Virus record (IMG/VR): IMGVR_UViG_3300008108_003798
Source of the DNA: a virus
Taxonomy: Duplodnaviria; Caudoviricetes
Direction: 5' to 3' (one strand)
Length of the DNA stretch: 64,000 bases
A model generated the notes under the pieces. It worked only from the letters and a program-made list of their open reading frames with translations. It was not told the DNA's origin and searched no databases. The position numbers were made by a program, and so were the translations under genes. How positions within the stretch are numbered: the stretch's first letter is position 1; each line of letters opens with the position of its first letter. Positions 18,831 through 28,378 of the stretch are shown in pieces.

Positions 18831-19661
18831 TTACTTTTTTTTTGAAAGGATACTTGCTAAACGAGTTGGGTTAACAGTTTCGTTTGCTTTGACACGTCCA
18901 AGAATCTTACTCATGTTGTAACTTTTTGATTCCCGCTTGGCACGACCTGCTGGCTCTTCACCGCCGGTTGCTGGCTCTGCTGCACCGAACTCGTCATCTG
19001 CAGGTTCATCCATGTCCATGCCTGCATCCATGTCGTCTGTGGGCATCTCGTCGTCCACAGTTGGTTCCATGCTCATGTCCATGTCATCTTCTCCGCCCAT
19101 TGGCATTGGACCACCTTCGCCTGTTAGTGTGCCAACACCGCCAGTTAGTGCTGTGCGAGTTGATTCCAATGCAGCATAAAGGCTTTCCAGTGCAGGTCTA
19201 ACTGCATTGGTGAAACTGTCTGCTGACTCTTGACCCATTTCGTCACGAATAGCGTCTGCAAGTTCTAACATGCTTTCTGTTTGCATTTCTGCTGTATCTT
19301 CCATCCAACTGGTGATACGATCGACCATTTCTTTTGCAGCCATGACCAATTCGGCTGTGTCCTCTGCGCCCTCACGCAATGTGCTTTCTTCTAATGATTC
19401 GTCATCCACATGTCCACGTTCACTGATTGCTGCATTTAATACATCTAACATTAGTTTTGACTTTTGATAAGTTTCGTTGTGTACTGAATCAAATGATTCA
19501 TTGGTTTCAACTTGACTTAACTGTGTACGTATTCTGTTACGAACATCTTGAAGTTGCTCTAGCGTGAAACGCTCTAGATTGATTTTTTGTCCAAAACGTG
19601 CGGCTAGGCTTTCGTTTAATGACTTGGCAGTGACTGGTTTTGCGAATTCTCTAAGTTGCAT
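18831..19661 (-). CDS. acidic coiled-coil virion/prohead core-like protein
   Basis: MQLREF leader; E/D/M-rich low-complexity tail. Confidence 0.6.
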   Translation of the reverse strand: MQLREFAKPVTAKSLNESLAARFGQKINLERFTLEQLQDVRNRIRTQLSQVETNESFDSVHNETYQKSKLMLDVLNAAISERGHVDDESLEESTLREGAEDTAELVMAAKEMVDRITSWMEDTAEMQTESMLELADAIRDEMGQESADSFTNAVRPALESLYAALESTRTALTGGVGTLTGEGGPMPMGGEDDMDMSMEPTVDDEMPTDDMDAGMDMDEPADDEFGAAEPATGGEEPAGRAKRESKSYNMSKILGRVKANETVNPTRLASILSKKK

Positions 19662-19692
19662 AGTTGGGTTTCCTATAATGCTTTATTTTTAT

Positions 19693-20124
19693 TTATCTAA
19701 TGTCGGAAAGAATGAACCCGTCTAGAACACGTTTTGCATTATCGATCTTGTCTGTGGATATCTCCAGCAGAGATTCCATTGCCACACGTCGTGGATGGTT
19801 TTCTGTGGTTTCAATAATATGATTATAAAATTGACTATCGTTATAGTTTTTCTCTATCACTCGATCGTAGTGCATTAATCCACGCCAGGGCTTTGATTTA
19901 GCATATGCCTTTGCAACTGCAACGGCACCGATCTTACTAAAGGTTGTAGTAACAGTTTTGTTGTTTTTTGTATCAACCAAAATGTACCCATGCGTTTTGC
20001 TAGGTCTAATAAGAATACTGTCAATACGAATAGTATTACCTTTGTGTTCTGGTATTAAGTAATCTTTGATTTTAAATTCTATAAGATTTTCTAGTTCTGA
20101 AACAGCCTGTTCAAGATTTTTCAT
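19693..20124 (-). CDS. hypothetical protein
   Basis: ORF track. Confidence 0.7.
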   Translation of the reverse strand: MKNLEQAVSELENLIEFKIKDYLIPEHKGNTIRIDSILIRPSKTHGYILVDTKNNKTVTTTFSKIGAVAVAKAYAKSKPWRGLMHYDRVIEKNYNDSQFYNHIIETTENHPRRVAMESLLEISTDKIDNAKRVLDGFILSDIR

Positions 20125-20317
20125 TTGGAAGTACCACCATTGATCCTTTATGATACACCTTGGAAAGAAGACTTTTGCGTATTAAGTTTTCGATAACGAA
20201 CTTTTCTCTTTCGGTGAATGTCTCAATATAGCACGGAGATTTTATCTTGTCAAGCATTGAACGTTCTTCATTGCTGGTATGAATATCAAAATCTTTTAAT
20301 AATTCGTTTAATTTCAT
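20111..20317 (-). CDS. hypothetical protein
   Basis: MKLNELL leader. Confidence 0.7.
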   Translation of the reverse strand: MKLNELLKDFDIHTSNEERSMLDKIKSPCYIETFTEREKFVIENLIRKSLLSKVYHKGSMVVLPNEKS

Positions 20318-20775
20318 ATTGCTATCGACCTTTTTAGATCTTGCTTCTTATAAACGACTTTTTTAGGTGCAGTTGGGTCTTTTAGTGCGTCAGGGTTTTC
20401 GATTTCTACATCGTCACCTTGTACTTTGGTTACTTTATAATTTTGTACGCCACCTTTGGCTGTGTTGGGCAGTGGAATTTGTTTACCCGGTTGAATCAAT
20501 TTATCTTTTGCTTGTTCAATATCGCGATTTTGTGCTTGATTGGGCTGTTGAGGAGGATTAGAAACTGTGGTGGATCCTGTGCTGCCCAAGGCTTGCCCTA
20601 CTTTAGATGTTGTTGAACCCACTGCCTTTGCTACCTGCCCGCCGATCTTTGATGCTGCGCCAACAGCCTTAGCACCTAGTTTAGCACCTGCTGCTAAACC
20701 TCTTGCAGCACCGATTACCAATGGGAGTATTTCGTCTAGTTTTGTATCTTCTTTGATAAACTCGTCGGCTCTCAT
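20314..20775 (-). CDS. hypothetical virion protein
   Basis: MRADEFIKE leader; A/G/K-rich segment. Confidence 0.7.
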   Translation of the reverse strand: MRADEFIKEDTKLDEILPLVIGAARGLAAGAKLGAKAVGAASKIGGQVAKAVGSTTSKVGQALGSTGSTTVSNPPQQPNQAQNRDIEQAKDKLIQPGKQIPLPNTAKGGVQNYKVTKVQGDDVEIENPDALKDPTAPKKVVYKKQDLKRSIAI

Positions 20776-21068
20776 TTGCGAAGTTTCCTTTTGTACTTTG
20801 GTCTTGGCTTGTTAAGTTTTTTAATTCTTTTGCTGGTAGGATGTTTTAATCTAGAAATCTGTTTAATTGCTTGTGCTTTGCCCTTGGTTCTACGTGTCTT
20901 TTTAAGAGTAGCACTCTTGCTCATAGATACTGCTGTGTTGCAGGTAGCAGGTTTTGCCACCACACGGCCTTTTTTCTTACCATCTGTGCAACGATAACGA
21001 CGTACAACGCCCTTCTTACCGCGACCCCAAACTGGCTTCCATCCTTCTACGATCTCTTCTACTAACAT
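20772..21068 (-). CDS. Arg/Lys-rich Cys-containing protein (paralogue 1)
   Basis: WGRGKKGVVRRYRCTDGKKKGRVVAKPATC. Confidence 0.7.
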   Translation of the reverse strand: MLVEEIVEGWKPVWGRGKKGVVRRYRCTDGKKKGRVVAKPATCNTAVSMSKSATLKKTRRTKGKAQAIKQISRLKHPTSKRIKKLNKPRPKYKRKLRK

Positions 21069-21343
21069 TATCTATTCATAGCCTTTAATCTACGACTTGC
21101 TGGATTGACACGTTTGGTTCGTTTTGCCTTGCGACTCATACGACCACCAATCTTTTGTTTTAGTCTTTTGAAACGCATACTCTGTTTGATGTCAATTGGT
21201 GCATAGCATTGTGCCATCTTGGCCACAACTCTACCGTGTCTACGACCGCCAGTGCAACGGTACTTGCGAACCACGTTTGTACCGCGGCGCCCCCACACTT
21301 GCTTTTCATCTAGTTCTATGTCAAATAATTCACGTAATAACAT
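21068..21343 (-). CDS. Arg/Lys-rich Cys-containing protein (paralogue 2)
   Basis: WGRRGTNVVRKYRCTGGRRHGRVVAKMAQC. Confidence 0.7.
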   Translation of the reverse strand: MLLRELFDIELDEKQVWGRRGTNVVRKYRCTGGRRHGRVVAKMAQCYAPIDIKQSMRFKRLKQKIGGRMSRKAKRTKRVNPASRRLKAMNR

Positions 21344-21361
21344 AAAGTTATTTATCGTGAT

Positions 21362-21604
21362 TTAAAATTGTGTGATCATTACTATAATAGTAGAAAGCAG
21401 GCCCGCTACAATGCTGCCTGCTGCACCCACAATAACTTTAATAAGACTGTCGTTGCCGTTCTTCATATCAAGGGCAATGCTGTCTAGTTTGTCTTCAACT
21501 TTGGTTAAACGCTGATCAAGTTGAGCATATCTTATGGCGCACAGGTCCACGTGTGCTTCTAGACTCTCTTTTTCAAGATCTGTTGATTGTGCGATAGTCA
21601 TCAT
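21362..21604 (-). CDS. coiled-coil protein with a C-terminal TM helix (holin-like topology)
   Basis: Heptads followed by VIVGAAGSIVAGLLSTIIVMI. Confidence 0.55.
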   Translation of the reverse strand: MMTIAQSTDLEKESLEAHVDLCAIRYAQLDQRLTKVEDKLDSIALDMKNGNDSLIKVIVGAAGSIVAGLLSTIIVMITQF

Positions 21605-21675
21605 ATTCTCCGTTAAACGATAGGAAATAGCCTTTTCGATGTGATGCCTATGATGCCTTTTTAATATTTATGAGA

Positions 21676-22095
21676 TCAGTTGAAATCTTCTAGTTTAACA
21701 AACACAATGTTTTTATGTTCTGCAGACGTTGTTATAAAGGCTGCATCAGTGAAGTTGATGGTTTCATCAAGACTGTCAATGATAGGAACGTAATTAAAAT
21801 CATGTACAAGATAGTCCAAGTTGTGTTGTTCATCGGATTCAAATCCAAAGTTCAGTTTCCATATACGTTGCTTGCCAGTGTACTTGGATCCAAAACCCAA
21901 ATCTTTTATCAACTTCTCTTCTGAGGTTGGTGCTGAATTGATAACAGGATTTGCTCTTAAACTTATAGTTTGTAATGCTGTAAGATAGTTTTGTTGTTGC
22001 TTTTGCAGATAAGGATCGTCGCCGCGTCTTGCATTTGTTCTAGTTATATCAACAAGTGTTAGTAATTGGAATCTCATAACGTACTTATCAGCCAT
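21676..22095 (-). CDS. hypothetical protein
   Basis: ORF track. Confidence 0.7.
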   Translation of the reverse strand: MADKYVMRFQLLTLVDITRTNARRGDDPYLQKQQQNYLTALQTISLRANPVINSAPTSEEKLIKDLGFGSKYTGKQRIWKLNFGFESDEQHNLDYLVHDFNYVPIIDSLDETINFTDAAFITTSAEHKNIVFVKLEDFN

Positions 22096-22144
22096 AAAAA
22101 AAGGGTCCGCAAAACGCGAACCCTTTCAAATAGTTATTCAACTA

Positions 22145-22522
22145 TTAGAGAGCTGGTTGAAATACTGCTTCAACAGTTACAGTAGCACCAGTTCCTGCTG
22201 CTGCGTCAGTGGTATCGAAAGTACCAGTACCTTGTACACGGAAGTATACAATGTCAGTTGTACCGCTTACAAACGCTGAACCGTTGGCAGTACCAAAACC
22301 TGCTACAGTGAAAGCATCGCCAGTGTTAGATGGTAGAACACCACTAGCACCACCTGCTTGAGTGATTGCATTGTAGAAAGCAAGTAGGTTAGCATTGGTC
22401 ATGTTTGTTAGAGCAAACTTGACAATGAGTTCACGACCTGCGTCTGATGTGTTAATTACGAATTTGTTGTAGTTGGCACCAACTGTTGTTGCACCAACTG
22501 CTAAACTTGTTACGTCTGCCAT
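22145..22522 (-). CDS. putative virion structural protein
   Basis: G/A/T-rich, biased codon usage, downstream hairpin. Confidence 0.6.
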   Translation of the reverse strand: MADVTSLAVGATTVGANYNKFVINTSDAGRELIVKFALTNMTNANLLAFYNAITQAGGASGVLPSNTGDAFTVAGFGTANGSAFVSGTTDIVYFRVQGTGTFDTTDAAAGTGATVTVEAVFQPAL

Positions 22523-22633
22523 TTTAAATCTCCTTATACTCTATGGCTACAAATCTACGCTCCGTAGATGTTGTTATTATTATTTAGCACGGAGATAGAA
22601 ATACGGGGTAATATGGTGTAAAAACGAGATTGA

Positions 22634-23824
22634 TCAGTTTGGTGTCCAGCGATGTCTTGGAACCAACTTAACCTTACTACCAGTTGATACATAGCCTTCG
22701 CCACCTGCTTCATCACCAGTTGATGCTCGTACATCAGCAGGAGCAGAATCCAGTTGATCAATCAAATGATTCTTTGCTGCTTGAATTCTACCTACCAATT
22801 TAAAGATAGCAGTCAATCCGTCAGCATTGTTTTTGTGCATATCAAATATCTTGAGTTGCTTGGGTTGACTTATCTTGCTGGTTTTGAGCCAATTGAAAAA
22901 GCCGTTTGGATTAACTTGATTCAGTTGTTTTGCTTTTGCCATTTGATTAACAAAAGTGTAGATGATGTTTTTAAGATCACTCAATCCAGCCTGCGGTGCT
23001 AGGAAACTGTCAATGATTCTGCTGTTTGCTTTTGCAAACTTTCTAATACTATCAGTTTCGCTGTTGTCAATCTTGGGCTGGTGAGTTACGTAAGTCTGTC
23101 CTAAAACAACCACATCTCGACTGTTTAGGTTTGATACATCCTCTATAGGAGTACCATCCTTCTGTCCAAATGCAGAGTATTTGCTATGCACCACTACACC
23201 AATCTTACTAGCGCCGATTCGCTTGCCGATTTCGCTATTAGGGTCAACGGTGTAGGTAACTTTGTTAGGGGTAAATGTGTAGCCTTGTTCTGTTTTTTGT
23301 ACTGGTTTGCCTGGATGATACAGTAAGTCTCCAAACAAGTATCCTTCGAAGTTCTTGGGAAAACTTGCTTGTACAGTTCGGAATATCTCCGCCATGTCAT
23401 TGCCAAACTGTTCTCTCCAGTCTTCGCCTTTGCCTGTGCTTTTAATAAAGTTTGCAAGGTCTTCTGGGCTGGTGCTTTGATTGCGTCCCCAGCCGTTCTT
23501 GCCTGTTAATACAAATGTTCCGTCCGGCTCTCTACCAAAGTAGACAGTAGGATTGCCGTCCCACTTGATAGAAATAGATTCAGTGCCGCCAGCCATGCGA
23601 TCCAGTATGTCTGCTGCTTCTATTGCACCAGCAGCACCATCTACAAATACAAGATCTTCCAAGTGTTGATATTCTCTACCAACCTTGGCTTCTTCGTTGA
23701 TACTTTCGTTTTTCTTTCTTCCAGCACAATGAGCACGTTGACTAAAACCTTTTGGGTTGCTGCAATCGATGCTGCGTTTATACTTTTGGCTCCACGCTTC
23801 TGTTACTATCTCTTGATATCTCAT
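22634..23824 (-). CDS. conserved jumbo-phage protein with a KWDG ligase-like motif (DUF6267-like)
   Basis: HLEDLVF...SIKWDGNPTVYFG...GEGYV. Confidence 0.6.
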   Translation of the reverse strand: MRYQEIVTEAWSQKYKRSIDCSNPKGFSQRAHCAGRKKNESINEEAKVGREYQHLEDLVFVDGAAGAIEAADILDRMAGGTESISIKWDGNPTVYFGREPDGTFVLTGKNGWGRNQSTSPEDLANFIKSTGKGEDWREQFGNDMAEIFRTVQASFPKNFEGYLFGDLLYHPGKPVQKTEQGYTFTPNKVTYTVDPNSEIGKRIGASKIGVVVHSKYSAFGQKDGTPIEDVSNLNSRDVVVLGQTYVTHQPKIDNSETDSIRKFAKANSRIIDSFLAPQAGLSDLKNIIYTFVNQMAKAKQLNQVNPNGFFNWLKTSKISQPKQLKIFDMHKNNADGLTAIFKLVGRIQAAKNHLIDQLDSAPADVRASTGDEAGGEGYVSTGSKVKLVPRHRWTPN

Positions 23825-24564
23825 TGCATCAACCTTGCCGTTAATTCCTTAATTCTATTAAGGTGCTTGTCATCTAAAGTTTCCGTAGGCTGTACTTCTT
23901 TCCATGCTGGATCGGCTCTTAGACCAGATAAGAATTGATCTCCGTTAGGACCAAGTGCTGCAACAATGGCTTCTACTGAACCTAGGTCTTTTGCAGATGC
24001 ATTTGGTCCTATCAGTATCTTGGCAATTTCATCTATGTCTGTTGATACTATACTATCATCTGCTCTGTTTAGCAACCCCTTAAACGCACTCCACTTCATG
24101 TCTTTTTCTTTGGCCAATTTAGCCATTGCTAACTGCTTGTTCAATCCTTTATACGGACTGCCTTTAGGAATATTGTGTATGTGAAATTTACTAACTGCTT
24201 CGCTGTTGGGTACTAACATCAAGTCAACTTGATGAGCAGTATTGCCAGCCGGAACTTTTACGTGTACGTTTATGCCAATAACTTTTGTTTCGAAACCTGC
24301 ACGTTTGAATAAGTCTTCTAGTGCTTTTTTGGTGGGTAGAGGCTTGTCTGTGCCCAATGCTGTCATTACAGCATCCTGATCTACAATAATATCTAAATCG
24401 CCACTCTTCTTTCCAGGTGTTGGTGTGGCTCCAGAACCAATTGGATAACCTTTGATCTTTATATTGTCTAGAACTGAGTTAACGGCCTTTGTTAGTTGCG
24501 GAATAACTGCATGATCAAAGTCTGATGTTCCGTCAAAAACATTGCCACCTTCGTTGAGTTTCAT
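23821..24564 (-). CDS. Pol-beta-like nucleotidyltransferase-fold protein
   Basis: IGSGATPTPGKKSGDLDIIVD (GS..DxD); later QVDLM. Confidence 0.6.
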   Translation of the reverse strand: MKLNEGGNVFDGTSDFDHAVIPQLTKAVNSVLDNIKIKGYPIGSGATPTPGKKSGDLDIIVDQDAVMTALGTDKPLPTKKALEDLFKRAGFETKVIGINVHVKVPAGNTAHQVDLMLVPNSEAVSKFHIHNIPKGSPYKGLNKQLAMAKLAKEKDMKWSAFKGLLNRADDSIVSTDIDEIAKILIGPNASAKDLGSVEAIVAALGPNGDQFLSGLRADPAWKEVQPTETLDDKHLNRIKELTARLMQ

Positions 24565-24815
24565 TTCTTTTTACTTTCGATGATCTTGTCCACTCCGGTC
24601 TTGAACTTTTGTGGATTGGCACTGCGAATAGCATTGATAAATCTACGTTCTAGATCTACGGCAGTGTCTTCTGGATAACTCTCGTGTATTTTTGTTAATA
24701 AATTGATTGCTGATTCTATAATATTATTGCCAGTTGTCTGAATAAATGCATCAGCATAGTCCTTGCGGCCTACACTGGATAGTTCTTCTAAAATACCACG
24801 AGTTCTTTTTTTCAT
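24561..24815 (-). CDS. hypothetical protein
   Basis: ORF track. Confidence 0.7.
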   Translation of the reverse strand: MKKRTRGILEELSSVGRKDYADAFIQTTGNNIIESAINLLTKIHESYPEDTAVDLERRFINAIRSANPQKFKTGVDKIIESKKK

Positions 24816-24880
24816 TTTATCGATCCTTGTAGTATTTAGTTACCTTTGCATATAAATATCTAGATAAGTGAGGGCAAACT

Positions 24881-25183
24881 ATGTGGGAAATAATTGATAA
24901 AATGTTTGGCGATACATTGTGGATTTACACAAGTATTGCTGGTAGTATTATAGGTGCAATAGTACTTGCATATCTAAGCACTACTAGAATCGGATTGTGG
25001 GGTTATGCACACTTTGATCGTATTGTGGATTATCTAGTAGAACACTGGGGATTAAAATGGTTAGAACAACCAGAAGACGCATGGCGAAAAAAATATCCAA
25101 AAATAACAGCTAAAATTGACGCAATTGAACAGCGTCTAGATCAACTTGAGGGCAAAAAAAATGATAAAGGATCTAAATTTTAA
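24881..25183 (+). CDS. membrane protein
   Basis: N-terminal TM helix; TATAAATA upstream at ~24852. Confidence 0.7.
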   Translation: MWEIIDKMFGDTLWIYTSIAGSIIGAIVLAYLSTTRIGLWGYAHFDRIVDYLVEHWGLKWLEQPEDAWRKKYPKITAKIDAIEQRLDQLEGKKNDKGSKF

Positions 25184-25925
25184 AGAGCGTAGCCTCTTAT
25201 TCGCTAGACTATCTGCCATTGCATATGGCAATCTCAAAGAAGTAAAAAAGCAAGCCAAAGAATTGGGCTTCACTACTGTAGAATTTTACAATAAAGACGG
25301 CGCACAAGCCTACCGTTTCCAAAACAAAAATGATCTAGTTATTGCATGTAGAGGTACAGAACCCACTTGCTTCAACGACATCAAAGCAGATTTAAAAGCA
25401 ATACCTGTTATAGCAGAAACAGTCAGTCGTGTACACAGAGGATTCAAACGAGAAGTTGACGATCTTTGGCCTATGGTTGTCGAAGACCTATCGGCCAAAC
25501 GTGCCGAGCAATCGCTTTGGTTCACTGGACACAGTCTTGGTGCTGCAATGGCAACCATTATGGCCAGCCGTTGTTTGTATTGCGAGGAACTACCTGATCC
25601 TGTAGAACTCTACACATTTGGTTCACCGCGTGTAGGTTGGAAGGGTTATGTTGTTCATCTTGGTGTCGAACATCACCGTTGGGTAAACAACAATGATGTT
25701 GTTACTCGTGTACCATTAAATATCATGGGCTATCGTCATCACGGTACAGAACACTATATGAACGCCTATGGACAGGTACGAAAGAACACAGGATGGCAGC
25801 GTGTAAAGGATCGTTGGCGCGGTATGTGGATGGGTATTAAGAAAGGTAGTATTGATAACTTTTCAGATCACTCAATGTCAAACTATATTGCCAATATAGA
25901 AGCATGGAACAAGGAGCAGGATTAA
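25161..25925 (+). CDS. class 3 lipase (alpha/beta hydrolase)
   Basis: CRGTE, VHRGF, FTGHSLGAA, YTFGSPRVG, NNNDVVTRVP, terminal DH. Confidence 0.9.
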   Translation: MIKDLNFKERSLLFARLSAIAYGNLKEVKKQAKELGFTTVEFYNKDGAQAYRFQNKNDLVIACRGTEPTCFNDIKADLKAIPVIAETVSRVHRGFKREVDDLWPMVVEDLSAKRAEQSLWFTGHSLGAAMATIMASRCLYCEELPDPVELYTFGSPRVGWKGYVVHLGVEHHRWVNNNDVVTRVPLNIMGYRHHGTEHYMNAYGQVRKNTGWQRVKDRWRGMWMGIKKGSIDNFSDHSMSNYIANIEAWNKEQD

Positions 25926-25947
25926 TCCTGCTCCTTGAGTATTTCGA

Positions 25948-26910
25948 TTACTTGTTAGCCCACTCTGCTTGAGTTGCTGCAAGTTCTGGATCTGGAACAA
26001 GACCGTATTGTGCTAGAGCACCGTCTGAGCCTGCCATTTCATCACTTACGAAGAATTGTACGTATTCTTTCAGTCCTGGGATTACTTCAAGGTGTGCATC
26101 CTTGACATAGAAGTAAAGCGGACGGCTGATTGGATAATCGCCACTTGAGATTGTTTCTACGCTGGGGAATACGCCGCTTACTGTAGCAACTTCTAGCTTG
26201 TCAGTGTTGTTCTGATAGAAACTAAGACCAAACACACCCAGTGCTGTATTATTCGCTGCAAGACGTGCAAGTGTCTCAGTGTAGTCGCCGTCGATATCAA
26301 TTGCTGCGCCATCAGTGCGAACCTTAACACAAGCCTTCTTCTGATCGTCGTCTAGTTTTTCAACACCTAGTGCTTCTTTACAACCTGCTTCCATAACCTT
26401 TACATCAAACACTTCTCTAGTGCCGTGCTTGGTACCTGGAATATAAGCAAGAATCTCTACCGCTGGTAGAGCAGGATCAACATCACTCCATAGTTTTGCA
26501 GTGCTGTCTGCGTGTAGTGCAGTGTACAGTTGAACTACAGTCAAGTCATCAATGTTGAGTTGATCAATGTTAGATGCAAATACAATGCCATCGTAACCAA
26601 TTCTAACTTCTGTAATAGGACCAACAACTTCTTCGCACTTGGCCCATTCTTCTTCTTTCATCTTTGAACTGCTGTTTGCAATGTCAACAGTGTTTTCACC
26701 AACGCCTTCGCATAATTTCTTACGGCCAGCGCCTGAACCACCGCCTTCAACTACTGGCGACGGAAATTCAAAATTTTCTCCAAATGCTTCAGCAACAATG
26801 GTTGCATATGGTAGAACTGTAGATGAACCAGTAACTTGAACATTGTCTCTTGCAAGTGCTGGTGTGGATAGTACTAGGGCTGCAACGGCAGCGATAGCAA
26901 ATGAACGCAT
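25948..26910 (-). CDS. pstS: phosphate-binding periplasmic protein
   Basis: Signal peptide; VTGSSTVLP, GGSGAG, DIANSS, IGYDGIV, GTKHGT, YPISRPLYFY. Confidence 0.9.
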   Translation of the reverse strand: MRSFAIAAVAALVLSTPALARDNVQVTGSSTVLPYATIVAEAFGENFEFPSPVVEGGGSGAGRKKLCEGVGENTVDIANSSSKMKEEEWAKCEEVVGPITEVRIGYDGIVFASNIDQLNIDDLTVVQLYTALHADSTAKLWSDVDPALPAVEILAYIPGTKHGTREVFDVKVMEAGCKEALGVEKLDDDQKKACVKVRTDGAAIDIDGDYTETLARLAANNTALGVFGLSFYQNNTDKLEVATVSGVFPSVETISSGDYPISRPLYFYVKDAHLEVIPGLKEYVQFFVSDEMAGSDGALAQYGLVPDPELAATQAEWANK

Positions 26911-26987
26911 ATATGTCTCCTTCTGTGCGTATAGTGCATAGGTCTCTCCTATACAAAACTATATAGTCGTTAGTATAACAAAAAATT

Positions 26988-27030
26988 GTAACAGATTTAT
27001 GAAATTCTACTGTTGTTACAAAAATTTCAT
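26988..27030. promoter_or_regulatory. back-to-back PhoB (Pho) boxes
   Basis: Minus strand ATTTCAT-AAAT-CTGTTAC (26988-27005) and plus strand TTGTTAC-AAAA-ATTTCAT (27013-27030), each an 11-bp-period direct repeat resembling CTGTCAT-AAAT-CTGTCAC. Confidence 0.65.
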
Positions 27031-27136
27031 ATTTCTAGGTATGCACGAACTGCATATCGGAATTGCACAAATCACGCTTGATTTTGTCAAGTATTAGCAC
27101 TAAATATGTAAGATACAGAAACACAGGAAGAGAAAA

Positions 27137-27304
27137 ATGTTAACACTAAAACTATTTGACGGTTGGGTTCGTAGCCTTGCTCCACGTCCAGCAGACAAAG
27201 ACCTAGAAACTTGGGCTCGTATAGAATACAAAAAAGATTCTACATTTGCCTATCATCATATGAAAGAATTTGGCGTGGCTCCTAGTATGGGAGCAACAGA
27301 ATGA
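27137..27304 (+). CDS. small hypothetical protein (55 aa)
   Basis: Manual translation MLTLKLFDGWVRSLAPRPADKDLETWARIEYKKD... Confidence 0.6.
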   Translation: MLTLKLFDGWVRSLAPRPADKDLETWARIEYKKDSTFAYHHMKEFGVAPSMGATE

Positions 27305-27459
27305 TCGCAAAATTTAAAACTTGGCTTGTTCGTCATAAAACCTATAAGCAAACTCTAAGAGAGTTAAATTCGCTTAACTATCATCAGTTACGCGATCTTG
27401 GACTTTCGCCAGACATGATTCCAGTTATTGCCAGTGAAGCAGCATATGGAATACGATAA
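27301..27459 (+). CDS. DUF1127 small protein (52 aa)
   Basis: HKTYKQTLRELNSLNYHQLRDLGLSPDMIPVIASEAAYG matches the DUF1127 pattern. Confidence 0.8.
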   Translation: MIAKFKTWLVRHKTYKQTLRELNSLNYHQLRDLGLSPDMIPVIASEAAYGIR

Positions 27460-27650
27460 TGTTGGGTACAGTAATGCTTAAAAACATGTTCAAAGATTTG
27501 CTCAATACTCGCACTGAAAAACAATTTGTAGAAGAGTATCTAGCAGACAGCATCAGTTTAGAAGACCTAGAACGCAGACAGCGTTCAATCAGCAGAGGTG
27601 AAGCACCTTGGCAACTAAGAGCAAATCAAAATTTAAAAGGATGGATATAA
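27459..27650 (+). CDS. DUF3563-like small protein
   Basis: EEYLADSISLEDLERRQRSI. Confidence 0.55.
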   Translation: MLGTVMLKNMFKDLLNTRTEKQFVEEYLADSISLEDLERRQRSISRGEAPWQLRANQNLKGWI

Positions 27651-27946
27651 TGTTAGACCCAGATCACAGTTATCTTCGCGACAAGAACGAAAAGAAAGCA
27701 GGCGGCAAGTAATGTGGCAACGCATTATTAACTTATTTGAACGCACAGGTCGTGCTAGAGCCGCTGCCGAACTAGCACGTCAAGGACATCATGATCTTGC
27801 TCGTAAGATCATGCTAGGAGAAAATCTATGAGTCATATTCCATACTACGGCGAAGATACTTCAAAAAAAGAATCTAAACCCGTTGACAAACAATAAATAA
27901 TCAACTATATTAACAATATAGCAAACACAGACACAGGAGAAAACAA

Positions 27947-28255
27947 ATGAACGATTACGCAAAACAAATGCAGGAAGCCGCTGCGACATTCGGCGAACAA
28001 CTAAAGGCAGCAATGCCCAAAGTTACTTTTAATAAAAATGGATACGAAATTCGAGCCCAAGTTTTAGAAATGGCGCAAGGCCAAGTTTGGCAAGACTTCC
28101 ACGCTAGGTTAGGTGCCTTCGAAGCATCAGTTGCCAAAGATGGTAAAGAAGTTGTTACCAAAGTAGAAATGCCAAAAGTACCGGGTGCCGACGAAGTATT
28201 GGCTGCGGCAGAAAAGTTTTATAACTTTGTAAACGGTAAGACTGACACTAAATAA
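27947..28255 (+). CDS. conserved phage hypothetical protein
   Basis: KNGYEIRAQVLEMA...AEKFYNFVN. Confidence 0.7.
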   Translation: MNDYAKQMQEAAATFGEQLKAAMPKVTFNKNGYEIRAQVLEMAQGQVWQDFHARLGAFEASVAKDGKEVVTKVEMPKVPGADEVLAAAEKFYNFVNGKTDTK

Positions 28256-28378
28256 ACTATATTTTTAATCTTATAAAAAAGAGGGCATAGCCCGTTTATT
28301 ATATTAATCAAAAGCAGCCCCTGTTAGCAAAAACACACACTTGTTTAGATCGAGTGTAACGCTAACAGGGGTTAATCT

